Shown here in pieces: positions 51,180 through 64,000 of a stretch of 64,000 nucleotides of DNA. This DNA comes from Octopus vulgaris (lineage: Eukaryota). The position numbers and the translations under genes are program-made. Every line of letters starts with the position of its first letter. Within the stretch, counting starts at the first letter, position 1. The stretch is from the NCBI GenBank assembly GCA_951406725.2, contig OX597816.1, forward strand, positions 22,010,001-22,074,000. The letters run 5' to 3'. The notes beneath the pieces were generated by a model. That model was given only the letters and a program-made list of their open reading frames with translations. It did no database searches and had not been told where the DNA came from.

Positions 51180-54016
51180 GACATAACCAACCTGGATGAC
51201 AGCCTGCACATACTTATTTTAGGGGATTTCAACCTCCCTTGCGTCAAATGGCCTGAAGGCTACATTCTCTGAGGTTATGTCACTGCATGGCCTAAAGCAT
51301 GCAGAATCTCTGCTTCACCATACTAACATGCTCTTTATGGAGCAAATAGTGCTCCATCCAACAAGAGGGGAAATGTCCTGTACCTGTGTTTCACAAACAA
51401 CATGGTGCTCATCCATAATGTTGGGGTGACACCGACAATTTTCTCAGATCATAACCTAATAGAACTAACAATGTACGGTCCGCAGAAGACTACATATATG
51501 CAGGCTACTAGATGCACCCAACTCCCTCCAGTCTGAAGTTTCAGAAAGCTGAGTGGAAGAGTATCGGGAAAGAGGTCATGGAACATAACTGCTTTGTCAG
51601 TCTCTCTACAGAAAATATTGGCATAACACTACAACACTTTAGGACAATCATGCATGACTTCTGCAGAAAGTTTGCTCCAGAAAAAATGCAATGCCAGCAG
51701 AAAGATATAATACCCTGGGATAGGAGGATTCTATTGAGACGACAAGCAAAAATCTAAAATCTTCTAAATGGGCCACTAAAGGACAAACAGTCCTACCTCA
51801 AACGAACATTGCTCGAGAATGAAAATGAACTCCCATGAAAAGAAAATGACAGGAAAGGAGGCTCTCAAAAATATAAAGACAAACCCTACAGCCTTTTATA
51901 GATATGCAAAAGAAGCTGCTTCAGTACGGTACAATATAGGGCCACTATTTGAAGAAAATTGCTCACGGACTGCAGATACCCAGAGGATCAGTTGCATACT
52001 AAGTGTGAGATATAGGGCGGCGAGCTGGCAGAAACGTTAGCACGCCGGGCGAAATGCTTAGCGGTATTTCGTCTGCGTTACGTTGTGAGTTCAAATTCCG
52101 CCGAGATCGACTTTGCTTTACATCCTTTCGGGGCCGATAAATTAAGTACCAGTTACGCACTGGGGTCGATGTAATCGACTTAATACCTATGTCTGTCCTT
52201 GTTTGTCCCCTCTGTGTTTAGCCCCTTGTGGGTAATAAAGAAATAGGCATACTAAGTGTGAGATACAAGAGTGCTTTCACAACTCCATTGGGACACTTGC
52301 AAGTAGCTATGCCTGATGAGTTCTTTCGCCCCACAGATCTACGCAACAAAATGACAATTATTGATAGCATCAGCTTAGAAGCAACTGATGTGATATCAGC
52401 CATTAATGAGATGAGCTCAAACTCATCAACAGGTTCTAACGGATTCCCAGCAATCCTAGAGAAATGCAAAGGGGCTCTAGCCAGACCACTTCAGATTCTC
52501 TTTCAGAGTTTCCTCACAACAGGGAGACTTCCCAGAAAGTTAACGGTAGGCATTATATGCCCTATCCATAACGGAGGTAGCAGAGCAGACGCTAAGAATC
52601 ATAGACATGTCTCTTTAACTTCCCATGTCAGCAAAGTCATGGAACGCATTGTCAGGAAGAAACTAATTTCGTTCCTTGAAGATAATACCTTGCATCCTGG
52701 CTTTCACTCAGGCAGAAGCTGCCTTACACACTTTTTGCTACACTATGACTGGATGATGAAACAATTAATGAATCGCTCAAATGTAGATGTGATATATCTT
52801 GATTTTGCAACGGCTTTTGATAAGATTGATCATAGGATATGTCACAAACTACGGAGAGTCGGCATAACTGGGAAAATTGGAGAGTGTTTGCATGACTTAT
52901 TAAACGATAGAATTCAGGCTACCGCAGCAACGAAGACATTAGTAGAAAGTGGGGTGCCTCAGAGAAGTGTATTGGGGACATTACTGTTCAAGGTGGCTCT
53001 TTCAGATATGCCATCAGTTACACAGTTAGCCACACTTACTAGCTATGCCGACGAGACAAAAGTAGGACAAGCAGTCAAGGAACCCTCTGACGCTAATCTT
53101 CTACAGAAAGACCTAGATGCCATATATAAATGGGCTGAGGACAACAACACGCAATTTAATGCAGGCAAAATTCCTAGCCCTTCGCTACCAGCTAATTGGC
53201 TATCAGAAGCTACAACAACGATACTTTGGACCAAAAGGAGCAGCAATCCAAGAATCGTATACTGTGCGTGATCTTTGGATTGATATGAGCACCGAGGCAT
53301 AGTTTCACATGCATGTCAACAACATGGTGGCAGTGTGCAGGCGAATGGCCGGATGGATTCTAAGAACCTTCAGAACAAGTGACCAGGAAAGTATGCCGAT
53401 CTTATGGAGGACATTTGTCCTCAGCCGTCTGGACTACTGCTCTCAATTATGATCACCCAGCACTATAGGATTAATAGTAGAACTTGAGGCGGTTCAGAAA
53501 TAAAACACAAGGAAGATTGCATCAATGGAACATCAGCTAATGGAAGAGACTGAAAGAGCCACGACTCTACTCTCTGGAGCAAAGATAAGAGAGGTATGCA
53601 GTGTTATATGTGTGGAAGATACTGGAGGGGCTGGCGTCAAATTCTAGAATTGAGAGTTATACCAAACCTCGAAATGGACGCCAATGCAGTGTTCCAAAAT
53701 ACCAGCTGTCTCATCGAGGGCGAGGACCATGTACTGCAGAATATTGGGATTCAAGGGTTCATCTATTTAACTCCTTGCCAAAACATCCGAGGGACTTCCA
53801 TGATGTGGGAGTAGATGTTTTCAAGAAACAACTTGACCATTAACTACCCAGGATCCCAGATGAACAAATATCAAGAGAGGATACACAACAGAGGGCAGTG
53901 GTATCGAACTCCCTCCTTCACCAGAAGCCAAAACCATAGAATCGGCCAATTAAAAGGTAATTACAATGGTGGTGCCTCAACGTGGCCGCAGCAATAGGGC
54001 TGAAACATATAAAATA
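51180..54016 (+). mobile_element. CR1-like LINE, ORF2 pseudogene (APE C-terminus + RT) with 3' UTR
   Basis: ILGDFNLPCVKW, SDHNLI, IKTNPTAFYRY, HVSLTSHVSKVMERIV, VDVIYLDFATAFDKIDH, SGVPQRSVLG, YADETK, LDYCSQL, YVWKILEGL. Multiple frameshifts. Confidence 0.93.
52013..52246 (+). mobile_element. Young SINE family B insertion with 19-bp TSD inside the LINE
   Basis: GCATACTAAGTGTGAGATA at 51994-52012 and 52247-52265. Confidence 0.95.
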
Positions 54017-54077
<61 letters not shown>

Positions 54078-55220
54078 CACATATATATATGTATGCATGT
54101 ATATACATATATGTACATATATACATATATTTTTGTCTATAGATATATAGATAGATACATACATGCATACGCCCACAGATATATATATGTGTGTGTGTGT
54201 ACAGGGATAAAGCGATTGATGGAGAGGTTGTGGATTTCTGTTGTCTATTATTTCTTGTTGCCTTAGTGAAACATCTACAGAATATCTACCAGAATCAAAT
54301 GCCAACTATTGAAATATGTCATTTAAACTTAACACATTTGTAGAAATTCTACTTTCGAATTTTCTCTTGTACATTCGCAAGAATGCATCTGAATAACATG
54401 CACGTGTGTTTCTGAAAGTCATTTACAGAGAATTCTGAAGGCTTTTGTTTTTAATCCTCACTCATACACTTAGAAATTCTCAGTCAGTAGAATGTGTATG
54501 TGTGTATGCGTCTATGTGCGGGTGTGTGTTAATCTGTGCGTGTGTTAGTCTGCTTGTTCACGTATGCATGCATGCATTTTTAGATATCACATTTCTTGAT
54601 ACCCCAATTTAATTTGAGAATTTGCGAGGTCATGGTTAAAGCATTTGGGTGAGCTACAAATATATGGGGGCAGGTTATATAATGTATTATATGATTAAAT
54701 TTATTTTATTATTATTAACAATGGTACTCTCATTATTACTCTTATTGTTAATATTATTATTATTACTACTCCTACTATTATTTTTACGATCATAATCATC
54801 TTCGTTATCAATAGCATGTTTTTATGATAATGACATTCCTAGTATCGCATCGAAACATCTGCTTCGGTTTCTGTATTTGTTGCTATTATTGTGTTCGCGG
54901 ATAAATTCAGTGAGTATTGGAAACGCTCGAAACACAAATGGGATTTCCATACATATGAATATAATCTAGGAACATTTGGTTATTAATATGTACGTGTTTT
55001 TATTAGGATAGATATCCATTTTCCTTGCTTTAATATATCGGTCTCGATAAAGCATAACTTTTACTTGAATCATTATCTGCAATTTCGCTTTTACATCATT
55101 TGAATATTCATGGGTATTTATTGTTTTTTTCTTCTCCTTCTGCATTCCTTTATTCCATTGAATTCTTTCAACACACACACACACGCACACACACACATAC
55201 ACACACATATCTGAGCGGGG

Positions 55221-55263
<43 letters not shown>

Positions 55264-55464
55264 AACTTAGATATAAATAAGTATGCGTATAAATATATGA
55301 ATGTGTTTGTACCACTATATATATAAATATATATACATACATGTGCACTTGTATATAAATGTGTATAGATTTATATACAAACATGCATATACAAGAGTGC
55401 ATGCGTGCTCGAGTTCATATATTTATACGTAAATATAACAATCAGCTCTTCTTTCTCTTTCCCC

Positions 55465-55566
<102 letters not shown>

Positions 55567-55581
55567 TTATTTCTATATGTA

Positions 55582-55690
<109 letters not shown>

Positions 55691-55695
55691 TATAT

Positions 55696-55757
<62 letters not shown>

Positions 55758-56618
55758 ATATGTATGTATGCATGTATGTATATGTATTATAAATATATTT
55801 GCATATATATGTGCATATGCAATTATGTGGTGTGTGCATGAGTGCCTGTGTTTATAGTATACATATAGCTATATATATATATATATGCCTTTATATAAGG
55901 TTATGTATGTGTTATCTATACATATGCATGTATGTATATGATCTAACTTCGCAATCTATTCCTATTTTCGTTTTAGAATTTTTGCCTGAATTTATTATAT
56001 ATATTTTCGTTTCGTTGTTGCGTATTCATCAATTAATCATTATAATTTCTCGGAGAATGACATTTTGTGAAATCGCGAAGTACACGGATATTTTTACAGA
56101 AAGATTCAGAGATATACAACCGTACAAATAATGAGACTAATTAAGGTGATTATGGAGATGATGTGTTTGAGAAAAAGACTTTGAAAATCACAAGCAAAAT
56201 AATAAGGAAAAAATACTATTCAATTTAAAATAGAAATATCTGTGGCAAAAAAAAAAAAAATTCGACTAAACATGCGTGCGCTCACATACAGGCATGGTAG
56301 GAAAAAGAAATATGGTAAGAGGACGTAGCTAACGATATGTTATTAAAACGCCATAATGGACCACTATTTCATCTTAACCCTCACCCACCGACCGCTTACG
56401 GCACTGTAAAAGCTGAAGGCAGAAAATGACATGAAATGCATATATTTCTAATGAAACCGTTATGTGTGTGTACGTGTGTGAGTATTTATTTATATATATG
56501 CGTGTGTATGTGTGTGTGTCTGTGTATGCGTGTGCATTTGTTATACGTCAAATATAGTCTCAATGTATGTATTAATGATATAATCAAGAGTGAAGTAATA
56601 TGTGCACACGCTCGTGAT

Positions 56619-56663
<45 letters not shown>

Positions 56664-57786
56664 CATATATATATGTGTATGTGTGTGTGCGTGTGTTTGT
56701 ATATTTGCATATACGTATTTATGTGTGTGTGTGTTGTAGAATTGGATATGCAACGGTAATGCTTAATGGATATACTGTACGATTTTAATCCTGAATTGTT
56801 ACTGAATCCTAAATTTTTGTGTTGGCGGGAAGTAGTGATTGGCTATCCCTGTATCTGCATTTGTGTGTGGGTGTGTGTTCATTGTATGTATGTGTGTGTG
56901 TGTGTGTGTCTATTATGTGTGTGTATGAGTGTGTGTGTGTGTATGTGTGTGTGCGTGTGTATGTGTGTAAAATATTAGGCTGGATAGACTGTAAAGCTGA
57001 ACATCTCAATATAACGTTGTAATGATCAACTTTGTCACATTTTATGTTTGATTCCCTACCGCCACAAATTTTCCTTTTCATTGCGAAGCTATTTCTGAGA
57101 TTTTTTGTTGATATTTTGTTCATTTCTGGGTTTTGTATTTAGTTTTCAAGATCAATCTATCTTATTTAACGAGGATCGTTATGCGAATAATAAACACACG
57201 CACTGATTGAGTTTCCTTTCGCTTATTAGGACTAGCCAACTAGGTAAACATTTAACCAATTGAGTAATCAAACGTTTGCTCAATCAATTTCTTACAAACT
57301 AGGCTCATTAATCAAGTACTTAATGAGTTAACAGACCGAACAATTAAGAAGTTGATAGACCAGAAGGTTAAGTATTTGACCAGCAATACTAAAAAGAAAT
57401 GAAATAGAACCAGTGCATGTTTCTATTATTGGCATAATGACGATCTTGAAATGCAGTAAATATCTATTACTGTTATTCTTTCCTGTCTGTTGTTGCCCCT
57501 GAAAGGACTCTGATCATATGATGATCTTGACGGTTTTAGAAAACCAGTTTAACAGCGAATACATTGGGCTGATTTCAACGAGTGCATTATATTACTTTTA
57601 TTCAGCAGAGAAAACTTAATGAAACATTTGTAAATAATGATTCTACAGTTCTGCTGCAGCTACTTGTATCACTTGCTTTCATAGTTTGTTTGGAATACAA
57701 AACTCTAGATATTTAATAAACTCCCTGTAGACATGAATCAGTAGTTACACAATAATTTGAACCCTTATTGCCTCGGATAACTACGA

Positions 57787-58188
57787 TTACTCTTTTACTC
57801 TTTACTCTTTTACATATTTCAGTCATTTGACTGCGGCCATGCTGGAGCACCGCCTTTAGTCGAGCAACTCGAACCCGGGACTTATTCTTTGTAAGCCCAG
57901 TACTTATTCTATCGGTCTCTTTTGCCGAACCGCTAGATGACGGGGACGTAAACACACCAGCATCGGTTCTCAAGCAATGCTAGGGGGACAAACACATACT
58001 TACATATACATATATATACATATATACGACAGGCTTCTTTCAGTTTCCGTCTACCAAATCCACTCACCAGGCATTGGTCGGCCCGGGGCTATAGCAGAAG
58101 ACACTTGCCCAAGATGCCACGCAGTGGGACTGAACACGGAACCATGTGGTTGGTTAGCAAGCTACTTACCACACAGCCACTCCTGCGC
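57787..58188 (-). mobile_element. tRNA-derived SINE family A, full length
   Basis: (TACTCTTT)n tail through CCACTCCTGCGC. Confidence 0.92.
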
Positions 58189-58265
58189 TTATTGGAGAAA
58201 TTTTTAATACTACAATATTCAATCATATTAGTTTTTTCCTTTCACTTAATATTTATAAATTTATG

Positions 58266-58715
58266 GGGACCTTTTCGGTTTGAACGGCAGTTTTTTTCTA
58301 GTGTTGTCATATGAAATTGACACCCATAATTATGACCCTAGTATCGATCTATTGCATTTCAATCTGTTTTAGAGTAAGCGTTATTTAGGGTTAGGGCTAG
58401 GGTTAGGGTTAGTGGTGGGGGGAAGGGTATCTTTTTTGCTTCACAAATGTAAATAAACCCAATCTGTTTCTTAAACGAAGGACATATTCATACGGCACAG
58501 AATGATTTTTAACTCAATGGACGTCAGTGATTGGTTGAAATTGCAGAAATTGAAGAAAAACAACAACAAATATCTTACAAACTATAGAATTTTCTCAATA
58601 AAGCCAAGAGAAAAAGATGTTTTATAAACACACTCTACCAGTGTACGAAGTTTAAAATTTTTTTTAGTTACCTAGAAATTATGTTAAAAACTGCCGTTCA
58701 AACCGAAAAGAACCC
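58266..58715. mobile_element. Non-autonomous TIR element with internal (TTAGGG)-like repeats
   Basis: 30-bp TIRs GGGACCTTTTCGGTTTGAACGGCAGTTTTT / AAAAACTGCCGTTCAAACCGAAAAGAACCC (2 mismatches); TTAGGG-like x4 at 58385-58408. Confidence 0.85.
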
Positions 58716-59407
58716 AATATTCCATCGTAGTAATGTTTCCTTTCACTTAATATTTATAAATTTATGCTCGTGTGAAAGCAATAGTCTAAAGGCGACAAAG
58801 TGAAAAGCTAACTTTTATGTGTAGTGGCATATTAATGGAATCACCGTGATTTATCGTCTATTTTATTGCCTTTAACCTTTTTTTTTTTCAATTTAGATGC
58901 TGTCATATAAAACCTAATGTCAACTTTGCTGTTAGTAACATTGACAATTGTATAGCATCTCGTAATTAACGATTCCACTATATAAGATCTGCAACCGTCT
59001 CGCACGTGAAAATTAATTACATACCTTCATAGCCTTGGCAACTGTTTACATTTGCAACTATGCCATTCCATTGAGATACCCAGCTAAGTGGTTTAAAATG
59101 GCTGGTTAACAAGTCTACATATATTATCAATATAGAATCGGTTGCCATTAGCCTGAATATTACTATGGACGTCTGGACATCTCAGCGATTACAATAACGC
59201 CCTACAGTTAATGTAATATTTTTGAAACTGTACTTTTGCATGTCATACATCGCACACGACTGATTCACCCAGATATAGTAATTTGAAATTTGTTGTAACT
59301 TTTCACCGGAATCATTTTTTATTTTCTTCATTATACAATGTTTGTTATTATTTGTGTTTTCACGAACCTCGATTCTTAATTTTTAATATTATATTATATA
59401 TTTTCTA

Positions 59408-59645
59408 GGCGCAGGCGTAGCTGTGGTTAGCGTAAGAAATTTGCATCTCAACCACATACTCTCGGGCTTGGATCGACTACAAGGTATCTTGAAGCGTCTT
59501 CTATCTATAGACCAAAACTGTGTGGGTGGATTTAGTGGACGGTACCTCACGGAGGCTCGTCATGAGTATATATATATATGTGTGTGTGTGTATGTATATA
59601 TGTAAATATATATATATGCATATATATATATGTATACATATATAC

Positions 59646-59702
<57 letters not shown>

Positions 59703-59860
59703 TACATGTATATATGGTTGTGTGTGTGTGTGTGTGTGACTTTGTGCCTGTATTTGTCAGCCACCACTACTTAACAACCAGTGTTGGTTGGTTCAAGTCC
59801 CTGTACCCTAGCGGTTCAGCAAAAGAGACCGATTATAATAAATACCCGGTTTTAAAAAGG
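59408..59860 (+). mobile_element. SINE family A, old diverged copy
   Basis: GGCGCAGGCGTAGCTGTGG head; TAGCGGTTCAGCAAAAGAGACCGAT body. Confidence 0.75.
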
Positions 59861-60179
59861 ACACTGGATGGAATCAGATGAATCTTTCCGGGATGTTTTG
59901 GTCACTGGCACGAACTGATTATGCTTTCGGATCAATCCTGTACCGGACAAGCATTCTAGATTATTTTGCCTGTTTTTTTACTTAATTTTTAGTATTCTCA
60001 TTTATGAGAACATTTCAGATATTCTCATTTTATAAATCATCTCCGGCTAATCGTTGAGAGGACGTTGGTGTCGCCCAGGCGGAGCTCTCCGCTCATTGAG
60101 TTCGCTTGTTTTATATTTATTTTCGAATGGTTATTGGACGAATGAAATATGGCCGTCATTTGGGATTGAGCATAATATT

Positions 60180-60410
60180 TGTTTGTCTGTCCTTGTCTGT
60201 CCCATCTGTGTGTAGCCCTTTGTGGGAAGTTAAGAAATAGGTATTTCGTCTGCCGTTATGTTCTGAGTTCAAATTCCGCCGAGATCGACTTTGCCTTTCA
60301 ACATTTTGAGGTCAATAAAATAAGTACCATTTGAACACTGGGGTCGCTATACTCGACTTTCCCGTCGACCAAACGTACAGGCTTTGTGCCAACATTTGAA
60401 ACTAATATTA
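60180..60410 (+). mobile_element. SINE family B fragment
   Basis: GTTCTGAGTTCAAATTCCGCCGAGATCGACTTTGCCTTTCA core. Confidence 0.82.
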
Positions 60411-61841
60411 TCCGCCAGTAAGGCAGCACGCTTGCACATTTAGCACGCCTAGCAAGAACAATATATTTATTAATTTTTGTTTAAGTCTATGTAATACTGA
60501 GCAGTCAGAGACAACGTCTAGACTCTCTACCCTTGACCAAATAGTACATCGATGATCTTACAGCTGGAGTGAGACGTTGCTATATCAGCCGTCGGCTTGA
60601 GTAACATAAAATGATTAGATAATATTGACCCATCAGGAGTAAGGGTGGAATTCAAGGAATTGCCATGAGTAGTGGATTCAATCGAAATCGAACCACTAAT
60701 GAAATATTACTAAAAAGTAAACAAGTATGTCAAATCGACAGGAAAAAGAAAAGAAAAATAAAAAGAAGGAAAATAAAGAAAACAGAAAGAGTAAGTGTTT
60801 TATGCTATGTTTAATAATATCGGAAAATAGAAGAGCAATTTTAGAGAACATATAACGGTTCAAATAATTGTAATGGTAGACGAGAATTAATTGTTAGTTA
60901 AATTCATAATAAAAACGGAGAGTTTAAAAAGATTAATGTTAATGCATGTCATGAGGGGCGCATCTAGGTATTCATAACTCCATTATTGTATAATATTCTC
61001 ATCATATTCGTTCTATGTATTGTCCCCTCTTCGGTGTCCTGTCTGTCTTTGTTTATCCCCCTCTATATTTAGGCCCTTGTGACTAATAAAGAAACCGAGT
61101 AAAATTATTTACTTTACTCCCGTACATAACGTGTCGGTCCAGTCCAAGTATTGAAACCATGACCTTATGTCTTCAAATCTTGCAGCCTAACTCTTAATAA
61201 TTAGTTGTCTGTTTTGATGTTATTAATGTGTCAACAGCTCACCACTACGATGATTCGAATTTCTTTTATCCGTTTCATCTGCACTAATATAGTCATATTT
61301 GAACAGAATATAGATTAGGTTATCAGTGAGAGCAAAAAAAAGTGTTTATATTGATGAACATTGATACAGGAATTTAATCGTAAATTATGGGAAGTCTTGC
61401 AGATTTAAAGTAATTAAATTCTGAAACAGAGTAATTGATATGATATATGAAAATGAGCTGAAAGTGTATGTCAATGTATTCCATCGCTTTCAAATGAAGT
61501 GATTAGTACAAAGACAACACACTAACGCGTATTATATATTTAAACCAGATATATTTTTCTTAAACAAATTTAACATCACTAAACTACTCTTGTAAAATGA
61601 TAAAATGTTTTTGTTGCATATTTTAAATCGTTTCATTTTTTTGAGCAAATGAAAGAAAAAGCTAAAAAATTAAATTTGCTTCATAAGCACACTTGCAATT
61701 ACTACTAAATAGGTGAACACGAACACGTATACATTTTTTATACATAGTACACAAATAGAACCATAAACAAGCCATGCTGTATTGGCAGAATCTTCAGAAG
61801 CACGGATAATATGTGTCGCGATACATAAATCCGGAATGAGT

Positions 61842-62095
61842 GGAGGCGCGTGGCTTAGTGGTTAGGGTGTCAACGCTATGATTGTAATTGTGTGGTTTCG
61901 ATTCCTGGACAGGGCGACGCGTTGTGTTCTTGAGCAAAACACTTCATTTCATGTTGCTCCAGTCCACTCAGCTGGCAAAAATGAGTAACGCTGCGGTGGA
62001 CTGGCTTCCCATCCAGCTGGAGAACACATACGCCATTGAAACCGGGAAACCGGGCCCATGATCCTGGTTAGGCTTTAAAAGGGCGCACTGATTTT
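61842..62095 (+). mobile_element. tRNA-derived SINE (family C-related head, different core)
   Basis: GGAGGCGCGTGGCTTAGTGG A box, GGTTTCGATTCC B box, CCAGTCCACTCAGCTGGCAAAAATGAGTA core. Confidence 0.85.
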
Positions 62096-62564
62096 TATTT
62101 AAAAAATACAATAAAAAGATAACAAAAATACATGAATACGGCATTTGTTCAAATAATATCCAAAGTAACTTTATCTTGCGTTCTTCGTGTGAAACCATTA
62201 GTGCGAAACACTTGTGACTTGGAAAAGTCTGACCACTTAAATTGCGATTCGGTTTCGAATCACTGCTAAAAGCCAATTAGGCCTTATATATATAAGCGCA
62301 CAAAATTATGGTCAAAAACTCCTTTTAAAAACTATAATGTGAGAATAATATTATATGAACATCATTGTAGGTACAGCTTTTTACCTACGTCTTCTAATGA
62401 AATGAATGAAATTAAATTGTGCCATGTGTCTATAATATCATCTTTTAACTCTTTCTGTATCTCATGTGTGTGTGATCGTTTGTATGTGTTTTTAAGTCGT
62501 TGTTCATTCCTGATTAATGCAATTCGGATCGAATAGAACTAATGAGTTTCTTTAAAAATATCGG

Positions 62565-62775
62565 TTTCAAATTTTAGCACAAAGCCAAGTGTTTCGGAGA
62601 TGGGGTGGAAGACGATTACATCGAACCTAGTGCTCAGCTTATACTTATTTCATCCACCCACGAAAAGATGGAAGGCAAAGTCGACCTCGACGTAATATGG
62701 ACAAAATGCTACGAACAGCCGGCTCTGCTTCCTAGGCATTCTGCTCTGCGTCCTAAAACTTTTTCCACCTCGCCA
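62565..62775 (-). mobile_element. SINE family B, diverged
   Basis: GAAGGCAAAGTCGACCTCG core in reverse orientation. Confidence 0.7.
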
Positions 62776-62814
62776 TCTTAGGTTATTTACTAATATTAAT
62801 TGAGGGAAATTGAA

Positions 62815-63580
62815 GGTGGTGATCTGACAGAACTTTTAGCATTCCACAAAAAAAAATGCTTAGCGGCATTTCGTCCGTCTTTACGTTCTGAGTTCAAATT
62901 CCGCCGAGGTCCACTTTGTCTTCGGTATTGGTAAAATAGGTACCAAATGAGCACCAGTGTAAATAATGTTTTATTGTTTAGAGATGGGGAATTCTGTACA
63001 TTATTTACATCAGATGGATATGTGTCCTCATCTTCTTTGTTGTTAACACAAAGTTTCGGCTTATTTACTCTCCAGCTTTCATCAGGTGTCCTTCTAGAAT
63101 CTTGAACCCAACCCTAGCTTCTCATTCCTAAGGTATTTCTTTTTTTGCTGAATGCTATTATTATTATTATTATTATTATTATTGAAAGCACTACCTGGAA
63201 TTGAACTCAGAATCATGGGGTTAGTAGCCCTCGCTCTTACTCATTACGGGCATATAGCATGAGGGTTAAGAGCGCGGGCTACTAACCTCAACCTCAAGAT
63301 TCTGAATTCAATTCCAGATAGTGCCTTGAATAAATAATAATAATGATAGTAATAACATCAGCAAAAAAAAAAAAAATACCTGAGGAATGAGAACCCAGGT
63401 TTGGGTACAAAATTCTACCAAGACACCTGATGAAGGCTGGAGAGTAAATCAGTCAAAATTTTGATGTAATAACAAACAAAATGAGGACAAATATACGTCC
63501 AATGTAAATAATGTACTGGTGTCGATGTAATCGACTTACCCGTTCGTCGAATTTGCTGGCCTTATGTTCAAAATTCGAAC
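62815..63580 (+). mobile_element. SINE family B copy interrupted by an H1 inverted pair
   Basis: 5' part to GAGCACCAGTGT (~62960); resumes ACTGGTGTCGATGTAATCGAC at ~63515. Confidence 0.75.
62961..63514. mobile_element. Head-to-head inverted pair of family H1 (tRNA head/HHR) elements
   Basis: Left arm (-) HHR at 63045-63090: GACAC CUGAUGA A AGCUG..AAGCC GAAAC UUU GUGUU. Right arm (+) head GGGCATATAGCATGAGGGTTAAGAGCGCGGGCTACTAACC and decayed HHR at 63422. Confidence 0.82.
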
Positions 63581-63934
63581 GGTAATTTAATAGAAGTAAA
63601 TGAATTTGAAATTTCTCAATGCTTCAGGCACATTAATCTGAAACTAGTCTCTGACACTGCATTGTTAAAAGTACATAGATAATGTGAAACTCCGGTGCAA
63701 TGATAAAAACACGTCAGATGCTACCGATATCCACTTGTAGCTGTGAGTATTCAATTATCATAAATTTAAATACTTTACTCCAAGACAAAAATAAAGAAAC
63801 CTACAGCTGTTATAATCTAACAAAACTGTCAAAAATTATTAGCACATCGCATATAAAAATGTGTCACACGACCTCAAATACCTATGCACTCACACACACA
63901 CACACACACACATATATATAGAGATATATGTATG

Positions 63935-64000
63935 AAGTGTGTCAGCACCATGATCATAAGATTGTGGTTTCGATTCCTGGACCGGACGACGCGTTGTGTT
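63935..64000 (+). mobile_element. SINE head fragment (as 61842), running off the window
   Basis: GATTGTGGTTTCGATTCCTGGACCGGACGACGCGTTGTGTT. Confidence 0.75.

Noticed and set aside
58385-58412. TTAGGG repeats as a telomere or interstitial telomere
   Set aside because: Only four units, and they are internal to a TIR element.

Overview
AT-rich, microsatellite-dense eukaryotic DNA with no intact host protein-coding gene that I can support. Most ORFs in the track are translations of (TA)n, (CA)n, (TATG)n or (AAT)n repeats. The dispersed repeats look like those of an octopus (coleoid cephalopod) genome; this is an inference from the tRNA-derived SINE families, not a database result. The window holds about 25 copies of three tRNA-SINE families, a 5'-truncated Neptune-type Penelope-like element (RT + GIY-YIG) with an inverted 5' pseudo-LTR, two CR1-like LINEs, an RLE-type (R4/Dong-like) LINE remnant, Tc1/mariner relics, three non-autonomous Helitrons and several MITEs/fold-backs. 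The main unexplained signal is about 17 intact or decayed minimal type-I hammerhead ribozyme (HHR) motifs in roughly 8 sequence contexts. The most notable context is a non-coding element built as tRNA-like Pol III head + (AAT)n + HHR-bearing Penelope-like tail, present at three loci and always with a head-to-head inverted duplication. It is a candidate Penelope-mobilised, ribozyme-carrying SINE. All ribozyme calls are read by eye and activity is untested.
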